From Dimorphilus gyrociliatus (Eukaryota > Animalia > Annelida), in the NCBI GenBank assembly GCA_904063045.1, contig CAJFCJ010000038.1, forward strand, positions 110,790-174,789: a DNA stretch of 64,000 nucleotides. Reading direction: 5' to 3'. The notes under the pieces were generated by a model that saw nothing but the letters and a program-made list of their open reading frames with translations, ran no database searches and had not been told where the DNA came from. Below, piece by piece: positions 11,365 through 25,100 of this stretch; the first letter of the stretch is position 1, and each line of letters starts with the position of its first letter. A program made the translations under genes and the position numbers.

Positions 11365-14300
11365 ATGATCAATTCAGCATTACTTCTTCGCCGAGTATGT
11401 GTCTCTGTGATAATATTCGTTGCAGTTATCGGAGGAATTAATGGTAGAATAGAATGGAATATACATATCGAATATATATATAATTATATATATCTACCTC
11501 TATCTTTCAATAATAGGTAATACTTGCGAAAATGATTTTGTGGTCTTTCGCAAAGCTTGCTATTCCCTCGTAACCACTGAGGCGTCTGTATACCTTACAA
11601 CAAATTCAAGTAATGTTGAGGAAAAATTGGGAGGAATGAAAGTTCAAGTTACATCGTCTTTATTAAATTCTCTTTTGAAATGGATTCGAACGGATAATTC
11701 TATCATTTTATTGAGCATTGAAAGAAAGAATTTTACTTCAAATTGGACGGATGATTTTGAATGGTTCAATGGAGAAAAGTTGAAATTTCATGATTTTGAT
11801 ATTCCTAATATAAGTTTTTCAGAAAATGCCTCTTATGTATTTCTGGAAAATAATTCGTGGGTTTTAAAACCGGAAATACCCGCAACATTCCAAACATTCG
11901 TAACAACTGGATTATGTAATAAATATTACATAAATAGAATAAAAATCTATGAATGTGCGTGTTTTCTTTAATCGTTGTTCCTTTCTTTCTCCAACAGCTA
12001 GCAACCCTAACAATTGCAGTACAATTTGGAGTAAAGTTGTAGGACACAAGTTTGCCAGTCCAGGCTCTGCAGAAGACATATCTTTTATAAATTGCCTCCG
12101 GGTAATGTATTTAATAATTACTATTCGTAGCTTGTAAATAATTGATAAAACATTGATTTTTTCCATCTTCCTCTCATCGTTGTATTATCACTCAAAAAGA
12201 GCTGTCACGAAAATCCCGATTCATGCAAAAGTGTTATGTATATAAATGGGGATTGCTTCAAATCCAAGATTTTTGTCACTGCTCACGTCGACTCTGCTGA
12301 GTTATTGGACGATGAAGCGTCAATTATATACCAATACGAATGCGAAAATCACCAAATCGAAATCTGTACAGACGAGAATATTATTCATTCGAAAAATTAT
12401 CCAGATAATTATTTCGCATCGTCATCTTTCTATCCAAATTATGAGGCGTATAAAGGAAAGTTTTTTGATTGGGATAATCCATTCGTAACGCAAGCGTTTA
12501 AGGCTGGAGCGTCTGATACAAATATTTGGTTTCAAATTCAATTAGAATCTCTCAAAGCTATGGATAAATATACAATAAAGGGTGGTGGTATGGCGGAAAA
12601 GCACTTTATAACATCACACTACGCTGCGTATAGCGCAGATTGCGTACATTTCATGTACTTGAACAATGTGGAATTGAGGAGATCAGTAAGTTTTGGTTGC
12701 ATTAATTAATTAAGTAATTAATTGATTGATTGATCGATTGATTGATTTTATTAAAAAAAAAAATAGCTGATTAGAGGACCATACAAATGGGATGAAGCGC
12801 GAGTAGTAAACTTTCATTACAGAGCAATAAAATGCTTTCGTATTATGCCAAAGAGTTGGGTTGGTTCACCAACGATGACAATTAAATTTGAAATCTGTAA
12901 TGCAGACTTTGATAAACAGTGGAGTAAAATCTACTCTTTTACTTGTGTATAGGTATTAGCTGTCTTTTGTTTTTTTTCAGCAATAATTCCATTGGGTATG
13001 GGTGATGGCACTATAAACGATTACCAAATAACTGCTTCCGAGGTGTATAAAGGGGATAATTACACAGAATATTACGCAGTTCATCTTGCCAGAAAAGGAA
13101 GTCAGCGGAAGGATTTCAGTTTTCAAAAACCTTGTTGGTATATTAAAGACACTGATAGTTGGTTTCTGATAAGCCTGATTAAAAAATCTGTAATCGTTGC
13201 AATTGGCATGGAGCCGGTTGAAGAATGCAATGGTATAATTGAAGACTTTTCAGTAATAGTTACCTCGTCGCTAAAGTCAATTAATGAGGAAGTAAATAGT
13301 CCATACATGACTTTTCTAAATGAGTCAAACATAATTTATGAGCTACCTAAGGCTCTTGTAGGATTATATATTTGTATTAAGCCTCATACTTGGGTAGGTG
13401 ATGGAGGAATGGCTTTTGAAGTATACGGATCCAGCGAATGTAAATATTTTTTATCATTGCGTAATGAGTGTATAACAACACTTTTCCATATATTCTATCT
13501 AGCTAAAGACTCTAAAGAGTTGATCCATACAAAATTGTCAAATTGCATACAATTATCTGCATCTTTTGACACATACCCCTTTTTAAATATATCAATGGGA
13601 ATAATAGAACAGAAATTACAAGCAATGACCTACATTGAATACAGTTCACATGTTGTTCTGACTGAAGTTAAAATTACGATAGAAGCTGGATATGATAAAC
13701 CCGAGTACAGCATTAGCTTCTTAAGAGCGCCTAATGAATGGATGTTAATGAAATACAACACGGAGAATGTAAGTTCAACTGAAACAATTTTATATCTGCA
13801 ACGGAAACAAGTCTTTAGAAAGTTTCGTATTGGATCGCTTAAAAGTTCAGTTGAAACTTTACCTGATTGCCTATTTGTTGAAGCGAAAGGTGAAGTAGTT
13901 GAATCGTGCCCACCAAGTACTGCGTATTATGACAACCATTGCTACTATACGTTACCTGGAACTATTGCGGGAGTAGAAGGTTTATTAAAGGCTTGCGGAA
14001 AGTCTTTTGGGGAGGATATCGGTTTTCTTGCTCAAATGTCATCGGCTAAAGAAGCGTTATTTGCTAGTAATTTAATAAGAGACATGTAAGAAAGAAAGCA
14101 TTTTCTTCTATTTCTATAAAATACTGTAATAATGTTTATTAATCACTTTCTATTCTACAGAAACAACATACCATATAATACAAGTATTATCGGTTATTAT
14201 CGTAACGAATCGAATGAGGTGAATCCCTACTACCAATCACAAAATCCATCCTACAAATGGGAATGGTTGCATGGAGCAAATACAAACTTTTCATTCTGGA

Positions 14301-17300
14301 CATACGATATTAAAGACATTCCAACGGATAAATCATGTGCGATGTTAAATTCGTTCAATGATGGTAAATGGGAAACTACTGATTGTAACAAACATCATCA
14401 GTATCTCTGTAAATTTCAATATTCTCCTTGTACGTATTTCTAAAGACAGTATATCATGTATACATAAATATTTGTGAATAATTATTCTTCAGCTTCAACT
14501 GGTAAAAAAGTTCTTTGGGAATATCTGCCGGAAACTGCCTATGAGAGTTATATGGTGTTTGGTAGTTTTAAAGTAACATCAGTTACTGAATGTATGTATA
14601 GGAGTCTTCAACTAGGCGGTCCAGGATTTTCTATAAGTTCCGACGGCCAGAATTGCAAAGTTCCTACGCAATATAATATTAAAGTTGATAAGGAATCCAA
14701 TATTTGGTCGAGTTATATTTTTGAAGATAACTGTGAATATCCTTTAATTGGAGGAAGTGCTGGTTTAAGTTTGGATAATATTTCGGTAGAAGCAACTGTT
14801 CAAGCATCAGCTAATCTATCAAATTTAAGATTTACAAATGAATTGGATGAGGTTGTCACTGGGTTTTATCAAATACCCAACGATTATAGTACATTCATAA
14901 CGGTAAATGACATTTCCAACATATGTTTTCCTTATAAAAAACAAATAAAAGAAAAACTTTTTCAGTTTGATTTTAAACAACAAATGAAAATAAACCGTTT
15001 AGCCATTCAAACATCCGGTGATCCGAATGTCGACTATATTGATTCGTTCTATTTGCATTATATACAGGAAGACAGCCTGTGGCAGACGGCCAGGGGTAAA
15101 AGAGGGGGAAAACTGGTAAAGAAAATATTCGTATTTTATTACTTTGTATAGATGTATGTTTTTGTTTGTTTGCTTTTCAAGATATTCAAAGCAGCGGGAA
15201 AGAGTAATGAGGAAAAAGATGTTTTTATAAAACCACAACTATATCCTTACAAGCTGGCCTTTTCTTTGGCTAACTTTTCTGGATCTCCGTTATTGAAACT
15301 TGAATTCTACGGGTGTCAAAAAGTGCAATATTTGATTCCAAAAGAAGATGTTGGATCATTGAAAAGTGACAATTTTGCATTTAGAATATCACAACTAGCG
15401 GTTACCAGTTATAGGCCTGAAAATAATTCAATTAATGATATTCATCACGGTTGTCAATCGATATACGGTAGCGGTGACGGTTCATTTTCAACTCAAAGTC
15501 TAACTACAGATGATTTTTGGATGTATACATTACCGACGGACTTTTCTTTAGTGGGCATAAGTACAGAAGGACACTGTACCGAACATAATTTTCTTACATC
15601 ATTGATAATAAAATATAAGCTGAGTAACAGTTTTGCAGATGTATTTTATCTTAAAGATGGAGAACAAACGAAAATTTTCGATATTCAAGAGCATAGCGGT
15701 AGATGGTACTTGGGTCTAGTGGAGCCATACCCTACAAGTTCCTCATTCGCTTTTCAATTAGCTAACAAACAAGCCAACAGATATGCGATAACAATGGAAC
15801 TATACCTTCAGCAGAAAAATCTTGGGAGATTACGTCTTGGACCTTTTACTTCTTCTACTGTAACTTTTTCAAGCAGCACATCAACTTCCCGACACAAGAT
15901 AAGTTGGATAGATTATTACTCACCTTGGGTTCATGCAGACGACGATACCAGTCCCTGGATAAGATACGATCTAACAAATTTATATTTAATACAGAGAGTG
16001 TTCTTAAGAGATTCAAGAACCTTTAGTACCAATGACTGTAAAAATTATCGCATACATATATGGCAATATAAAGGTGATAACAAGACAGAGATTGTAAGTG
16101 TTGAATAAAATCATTTTGTTATTTTTTCAATAAAAACATAAACAACAATTGCAGCCATTTACTTGCTCGAAATTTGATTCCTCCAGAAAAAAAGTCACAT
16201 TTTTTCCACATTTATTGGTTAATGCAATACAATTCACATTTATAAATGACAGCATCTACTTGATACTTATGGTATACGGTATGAGAGCAGACCAATGCCC
16301 TCCAGGTGCAGTAAGAAATTTTGATAAATGCTATACAATAACCGATGTTACTGATAATCGGACGAGAGCTGAAAATTTATGTAAAACTGGTTTCTCTTGG
16401 AATGGTCCAGGCTCGTTGATTATGCCTAAAACATCATTGGAAAGGAATTTCGCCAATATGCTTTTGTATTATAAAGGGTTTGTAGTATGTTTTATTTTGC
16501 ATGTGTATTTTTCTCTCTGTCTCTCTATCTATCTATCTATCTCTATCTCTCTAACTAGGTTATCATTTTTAGATTTAAAAATGCTAAATATCACGTTGGC
16601 ATGAAAAAAGTATCGGCTGGTAATTACGTTTGGGACGATGGTGAGACTGTTGAAAATTACATTCCAAGAACGTACGACTATTCAATAAATAGTGATGATG
16701 GTTCCTGCGTTGTTGCGAGTCGATTTTTTAATGATGTAGATTGTTCGACGAAAGCTTACACAATATGCGAAACACCTGCACAGGGTACAAAACAAACAAA
16801 CAAGTTTTTCTATATTTTTAAATACTTTAGACATTGAGTAAAACTTTATTATTTATTATTTCAGTAGTGACAAGTTGCCATCAAGTTTGGTCGGTAAGAA
16901 GAGGAGAATCGACAAGACCACCTAGCTACTCTAGAGAGATGCACGATTTGCGAATGTGTTTAGGTCTTTGCAAAGACCCCATTTGTAAAGGAGTTTCTTA
17001 TGTTCCAAGGTAATTATGATTGAACGATTAATACAAATACAATTGATGGATTGATTTAAATTTAGGGAATATGGCTTGACGACGTGTCGCATTTTTAACT
17101 CTGCTACTCCGCACGAAGAATTGGTGGTCAATAGCGGTAGTTCAATTGTCCTCTTCGACTACTCGTGCCTTTCCGACGGTGTGCATAGATTGCTGCCAGA
17201 AGGAAATGAAACAGAATCAAATTTTGGCGTTACTAGTAAATTCTACAATGCTGTAACAAAGAATTATTATCTCGACTACTCATCGATGGGCAATGAAGGT

Positions 17301-19137
17301 GCAACTTGCCTAAAGGACTTACCTTGTTTTATACAAATTGAGTTTAAACAAACTTATGAATTTTTTGGCTTTGTAACGCACTCAACAATTGGGGAGGGAA
17401 ATGATAGACACTATACAAAAAAAGCATATGTTCAATACCAGACTGATAGGAATTTTCTTTGGAATTTTCATAAGAATGAAGCTTTAAATCAAGTAGTTGT
17501 AAGTATTGACGAAAAAAAAATTGTTCTATTGACATTCTCTCTCTCTCTCATACTCTATATTATTGTTTTAGGATTTCGTCATTCAAGATGAATTGAATTT
17601 TCACTCCTATCACGAGTTGTTACCTACAAGGAAAGGTATTTCCTTTAGAATGGTAGCCGAAGAGTCTTTTAACAATGCCTCTCTCTCTCTTCAAATATAT
17701 GGAAAAAAAGCAATCGCCAGTGGTACTATTAAGAAATGCAGCTATAGAATTGGATTGGAGCATTCCAATGTAATACTAGATCACCAAATTTATACCAATT
17801 CAACTCATACAGATCCGACTACAAGTCTAAAAGATATTCGTTTAAATTCAAATCCAAGTAGTAAAGATTCTTTAGGATGTTGGGGTCCGTTGGTTAACAA
17901 TAGCGCTTATGTAGAAATTGATTTGGGATATATTTTCAATGTCACTGGTTTAATCTCTCAATCCTGTTCAAAACTATCAAATTTTGTCTATAAATTCAGA
18001 ATTTCTTATCGAGTAGACACAAGAGAGGAATGGTCAGAACAGGTGATATTTTCTCCTTTTTATCTTAGTTGTTTTTTATTCATTCTTCCATTTGCTTCTT
18101 CTTCAAAACAGACTTTAAGCATTTTTAAAAAGTACATACAAAATGCCGAATACCATTCATTTTTTGATGCTATAAGAGCCAGATACGTTAGGATACAACC
18201 GTTAGAGTATGACGTCAAAAATGCTTTTAGAATTGAACTGTTGGGTTGTATGGATCGTAAGTAAACAACAGAAGAGATGATTGGACAACAACAATAACAA
18301 CTAAATAACAATGTTCTTATAACAGAGGCAGAAGTGATTCGAGGTCCTCCATTCAGTTTACTTCATCCCAAAGGTATTCGTGTCGATTCAAATATTATTG
18401 GAGAAGTAGTCGCTTGGGAAGAAATTGATCATACAACGCCGCTAATATGTCCCAATCAAACCGATAAAGATCTCGTATTGTCTATAGATTTTAAAGAGAT
18501 CTATACTATAACCGGATTTAGAGTTAGTACTGGTAAAGAGGGCGAAGTACGGTTCAATTTAGAATATACCTTTAAAGTTACGGAATGGAAGACTTTCAAC
18601 GGAGGATTCGATCAAATTATAAATGTCCGTATACTACACATTTTCTATTTTCCTCTCTCTTTTTTCTATTGTTCTAATAACGTTACAGAGTACATCAAAC
18701 ATTCAAGATATTCATTTTGGACGTCCAATTATCCTCAGATATTTAAATTTGGTATTGAAGAATGATAATCAGTTTTGTTTCAAATTGACATTTAATGGAA
18801 TGAGATCCGGACGTAAGTTGTTGAACATTTTCATAAAAAATCCTAAAATCATTGTGTATATTGAAAATATTTATAAAAAAATAATATAGCGTGTCCATCC
18901 GGATTTGTTGAGTACGGATCGAGTTGTATTAACTTTCTTAATAGGCCTTCTTCAAAGGAAGGTGTACAGAAGGTTTGCGAAGGTGTCAACTGGTATGGAA
19001 AGAGCTCATTAGTTAGTCCAAAAACTGACCAATTTTTCCACATGTTCTTGAGTTCATTATCATTTGGGTAAATAATTATATACAATAGAAGAACATTCAC
19101 TTGTTCACTCTTTTACGCATTGCCTCCTCTCTCTGTC

Positions 19138-19176
<39 letters not shown>

Positions 19177-22100
19177 AAATGATTATGAATGTTTTAGGTT
19201 ATCCTTTACACCATTTATTGGATTAAACGAAACGGCTTCAAAGTATTATTGGGATGACGGAAGTGTTATTCCGGACGACTACGAAATGGTATTTAAAAAA
19301 CCCTTATCAATCAGTGGAGATTGTTTTGTATACAACGACGGCGCTTTGGATAAACGCGATTGTTCTCTAGAGAATGGTTTAGTGTGCGAGACAGAATCAG
19401 CTGGTAAAAACGATAAATTCTATTAGTAAACACTCTTTTTTCCTTGTAATATTTTTTAACTCTCCCCCTCAGCTAACGATACAACAATGCCACTTTACAT
19501 GTGGACAGTAAGAAGACACGTTGCGCCTACCGACAGTCAGACATTTCAGAATTTTACAATCGTTGAGAACACTAATTACGATTGCTTAAAATTATGTGAA
19601 GAAGAGACTAGCTTCGAATGTTTATCCTTTACTACTGATTTGGCGGCGAGTGAATGTAAAATCTACGCGGATAATACTCAAAATCCTCAATTCCAATTGA
19701 AAACTTCTCCAAATCTATTTTTTTTCGAAAAACTTACTCAAATTTCTTGCCCTCCACTTATACAATCGTCCGCCTTCGGTGTCATGTGGAACGTCTCTTC
19801 CGAACAATCGCCTACAACGTCCAAACTTCAATTACCGTTCTATAAACGTTCGTCAACCTCCGGTCTCTATTGGCAAGCCGAAGCGTCCGATTCTCAACCG
19901 TGGTTGTTGGTCTATTTCAGCAGTGAGATTACCCTGACAGGCATCGTTCTACAAGGTAGTGGCCGGACTGACGAAGATAATTACATAACAGAATTTACAA
20001 TTAAAAAATCGATGGATAATATTGATTGGAAAGATATTGAACCAACAAGCGGAAATGGGAATATATTCAAAGGTCTTACCGATCCGTATTTCGCTAGAGT
20101 GTACTTGTTTACGAAAAGAATTAAAGCTAAATATTTGCGAATGGACATTATTTCCTTTAATGGAGATGCCGTTGTCAGATTTGAATTGTACGGATGTAAC
20201 GAAATAGTAATGGACTGCTTTTTGGAAACAGAATCGAAATTAACTTCAATTTATCAATTTAATACGAAATGCTACAACAATTGGAATGTAATTGGCTACC
20301 AATATACATACGTCGATAGTGGAAATCCACCTAAATGGACCAAATACGCGAATGGTTTAGGCAACGATAATGAATACGCTTTGGGCAATGACATATTAGC
20401 GAATATGACAGGTTTTAGGTCATACTTCCTAAGAATTGATATGTGGTCTAAAGATGGCCAACATATTCACGCAGAATTTAAAAACATTCTCGTTTTATTT
20501 AAAATCACTCAATTTCTCCTAAACGTTCAAGAATTTCGCAGTGGAAAGGCAACTGATGGAAATTTTATTCAACCAATGAAATTCTACACAATTGATAAGG
20601 ATAATAATCAGGGTTGCTCCGCAAAGCATAAAACTGGTTGGTGGTTTCCAGTGGATTCGTGTAATAGTTCTTCAGTTGTTAGAGGACATTCGGCATTTTG
20701 GTCGGTAAAGGAGACTGCTTTTAATCCAGCGTCCTCTTTTCCAGTTGACAAGTACTTTATGAGGATGAAATCTTTCAACACTTGTATAATATTTTTAATA
20801 ATTTTCTTTCAATTCCCTTTAAAGGCCTATTCTCCATCTATCATTTTTTTTTACAGTTGACGTTAGTAAAGGGAAAAAAGCTTATCAAAAGACGACAGAA
20901 TTAGGAAATGTTGCCTCATTGGCGGTCGACGGCCTCTCCTTAACCAATGCGTTGAACGGTGAATGCGCAATGAACGAATTAACGTCAGATCCTTGGTGGG
21001 TTGTTTCTTTGGGTAAAATTTTCACTATTGATTATATAGTGATATGGAATAGAAAAGACTGTTGCGGTAGGATGACTATAATTCAATTATATTGCCATAT
21101 ATGTATAATACATGTTTATTCATTCCTTAGAATCTGATTTAAGTGACTTTAAAGTGGGCGCAGCTAAAGAATTTGTCAATTTTACCTTCTCTGCAAGTAA
21201 CTTTGAACTTTGTAAACATTATACGCAAACAGTTAAGTCTGGAGAGAGTGATTCGATCCTATGCGATAAGAGTTCTATTAACGGTTCGTTTATTGGCGTT
21301 TGGATGGAAGGAGCTAATAGGAGATTGACGCTGTGCGAAGTAAAAATATATAGCAAAAATTCTGGTGAGAAGAGAATTAAGGGCAATTAGTATCTTTTAT
21401 TATTATTGTTATTTATTCATCAGTCGGAAGAATAGGATATAAAGAATTGTGCGAATCAGACGATGATTGTATAGAGCCTCTTACAATATGCCTTCCAACA
21501 ACGGACCCTTTTACCTTTGAGAATATAGTGTACTCCTGCCTATGCGAAGAGGAAACAATAAGGGAAGATAACCAATGTAAACCTTGTAAGTAATAAAGAA
21601 ACAATTCCGGTTTATCATTATTATCATCATTGTCCTTGTCGTTGTTTGTCAGATGTCGATGTTGGTATTAAAAGTATGAAAAGACTAGATAAGAAATTGA
21701 CAAGAGAAACGCTGGAATTGACAACATTCGAAATAGTGATAGAGAATCTACACGGAAAGGAAATAATACAAACATTGTTACCAATAGTTAACTTTAATAT
21801 TTCATTATATTTAACGAATTCGGATGAGAAAGTTTCGGAAACTTTTCAAATTCAATTACCTTTTGAAAGCATAGAAGAAAAATTGAACGGATCTTTGGCA
21901 ATGAACAATTCCGTAGTATTGCCTCTTCAATTTAATTATTCGTTAAATATTAAAAATTGTAGCGATGTCAGTTACGTATGCGTTACAATAGATAGATCCG
22001 ACTATAGATTGTATAAAGAAATTAACGAGACAAACAACAAACTATGCTTAGCTGCGTCAGAGTTTGTCGAATGTCGTCCAGGTAAGAAAAAAAAATCATT

Positions 22101-25100
22101 CTCTAATGAATTATTAAAAATATAAAATACAACAACAACAACAACAGATTTGGATCTACTTTTGAAAAGATTGCATTGGACGTCTATGGAACCTGTTTAT
22201 AGAGATTTACAATATAACCATTCAATTGAATTGACTATTGAAAGTTTACCGATAAATTCATACGATATAATTCAACTCTACGGCGAGAGGATCAATTTTG
22301 ATTTTGAATATATCGTCTCTAACCAGCAGCATCTATTTAACAGTACAAATCCAAAATGGACGTCTATTCTATTGAATATCGACGATAAACAAAAAGGCTT
22401 AGAATCTAGAAAAGAAGTGAAATTTCTGGCAAAAATTCTCGTAGAACTCGACAGAGCTGCTTGCGAGCAAACAACAACTATTCTATGCGTAAGGAGAAAG
22501 TTGTCATCCACCTCCAGTTTTCAAGAGCAAATCTCCCAAAATGATAATTTATGCATAGATATAAGCCTATTAAAAAATTGTACTCCAGGTGAAAAAAACT
22601 CACTAATATTTTTGTTTTTTTTTGTATTATAACAGTATATACAGTATATATATATGAATTTTAACAACACAGATGTAGAGATAAAAAACACTCTAACCCT
22701 GCTCACATCTTCACTAATAAGAGGTTATAATCAGACCTTAAGCGGCATTATTCAATGGGAGAATATCGACAATAAGCACAGCATTGTTGAAATTCCAACT
22801 GGAAGGTTTAATTTCAACGTTACTCTAACTATTTCTGATAAAAATAAGAAGAACGATACGGCGGCAGAGTTGGATTTATTAATTTATTCTTTCGTCAATG
22901 ATTCTAGTTTATTTATTGGTGAACAATTAAAAGTCGATTTTAACGAGGAGATTTTAATACCGAGAGAATCTTGTTCTAATTATAAATTTCTATGCGTCGA
23001 ACTAAGACCAGCGTTGGGATCTTCTTATTCCCTGTACAATCGTAACGATAACAACAACAACAACATTCATATTTCGTGCTTAAATCTAGAGAATATAGTT
23101 GAATGTGTTGGATTGAGAATATCTAATTTAACGTTTAAAATAGAAGACAATAACCTTTTTGAGGGAAATAAGAATACATTTTCGGTAATATGGGATCTGG
23201 GAACGGATGTAAATTTCACCTTGAACTACGGCGATAATGAGATATTCTTTTGGAATTGGTATAATTTTGGTCATATTCAATCTTATTCAAAGATTGAAAA
23301 ACTCATCTATAATCATATCTATTTCAATTATAGTATTTATAATGTTACTTTAACCGCTTGGAATGAAGTTGATAAGGAAATAATTATTCTAACGAAAAAG
23401 GTTGAACCAATCCTCAAGGATTATTCAATCATTTCCAACCGTTACATTCCTGACGAACCTCCGTTAAGAGTTACATTCCTAGTTGACTATTTGAACGAGG
23501 CGAACTCGAATACGCAAGATATCTACCTTTCCTGCTCCATTGATACTGGACACAACTTTACAGTTAATAAAAATGGTAGAATTCAATACGCAAAGCCATT
23601 TCTTATAGATTATTTGTATACAATTGACGTCATCGACGCCGAATCGTTGATAATTTGTAACAATACCATTTCCAACATAACCTACTCTAATCAATTTCTT
23701 CTTCAACAAAATGTTAGCGGATTAGAAATCGGCTACGACGTCGTTCTATGGCCTTCGTTTGTCAATGTATCATTAACGCTAACATTAGTGAATGGAAGCG
23801 ATGTTGAATACGATATTTCGTACGGAAATGGTGTTATGGAAACGGTTAAAGTTCACCAATTGTACGCCAATCGTCAACCTTTCGTATGGAATTATTCATT
23901 TCCCGAAGATGGTAATTTCTTAACAACGGCAATTGCGAGAAATAGATTTTTTAATACATCAGCTCAAGCTTCTAATTTGATTAAAATTCAACACGAAATT
24001 CAAGAGGTTGAATTAAAGGTCAACTATTTCCCTCCAAGGAATATAACCATTCAACTTCGGGAAGTAAAGAATACGAAGATACCTACAAACGTAACTTGCT
24101 TCATTAATTATGGAGATAATAGTACTGTTGAAAAATATGATTTTGTTGATTTATTGAATGGTATGTCGGTTAGTTATGTTTATAATAGAGCTTATAACGA
24201 AAGACGGAAGAGAAATTTAACAATTTCGGCCTACTGCCATAACAAACTCTCTCAAACTAATCTCTCTAGTAATCTTGTATTAGACGAAGAGATTAGGGGA
24301 TTATCTATAGAAACGTCCAAAACTATAATATCAACTTTTGAGTATTTTCTCATCAACATTTCAATTGAAACTGGAACAAAGATGAATGTTACATTCGACT
24401 ACGCAAATGGTAATGTATTGAACTTTTACGAAGAAGGTCCCGGATTATTCATTACGTATAATTATACTTATAAAAATGATGGCGTCTACACTTTAAAGTT
24501 CAATCTGACAAACTCGGTAAACAGTATGGAAATCTTACACGAACCAATTACAATTCAACATCGAATTCTAAACGCCTCCTTCTCGTTGGATTATATAGAG
24601 CCGAGAAATTTCACTGTATCTATTCAACAGTATTCTCCTTTACATATACCAACGAACGTCACTTGTATAACGGAAATAAAGAATTCGACGCTGGATCACG
24701 TTATATATCCCAATCTGGTGGAAGGATTGTTAAGAAACTATAGCATTGAGAGAAGATTCAACGAGAGGAGATATAAGAATGTCAGCGTAACGAGTTTCTG
24801 TTCGAATTTAGTATCAAACGCTTCGTTTTCCCAATTTGTTATTCTAAGGGAGGAAGTTACAGATTTAAATTTTACATGCTCTACAAACGTAACAATTGTA
24901 AATCGTACAGTCAACTTTTTCGTATCTACAAAAACTGGTGATGATTTAAAAGTTGAATTAGACTACGGTAATTCTCAACAGTATATATTCAACATTTCCA
25001 ATTTCTATTCAACAACTATATACAATTACTCTTATCCTCAAGTTGGCAATTTTACCCCTACTATTCGAATAAAGAATACTGTTAATGAACTATTTGAGGC

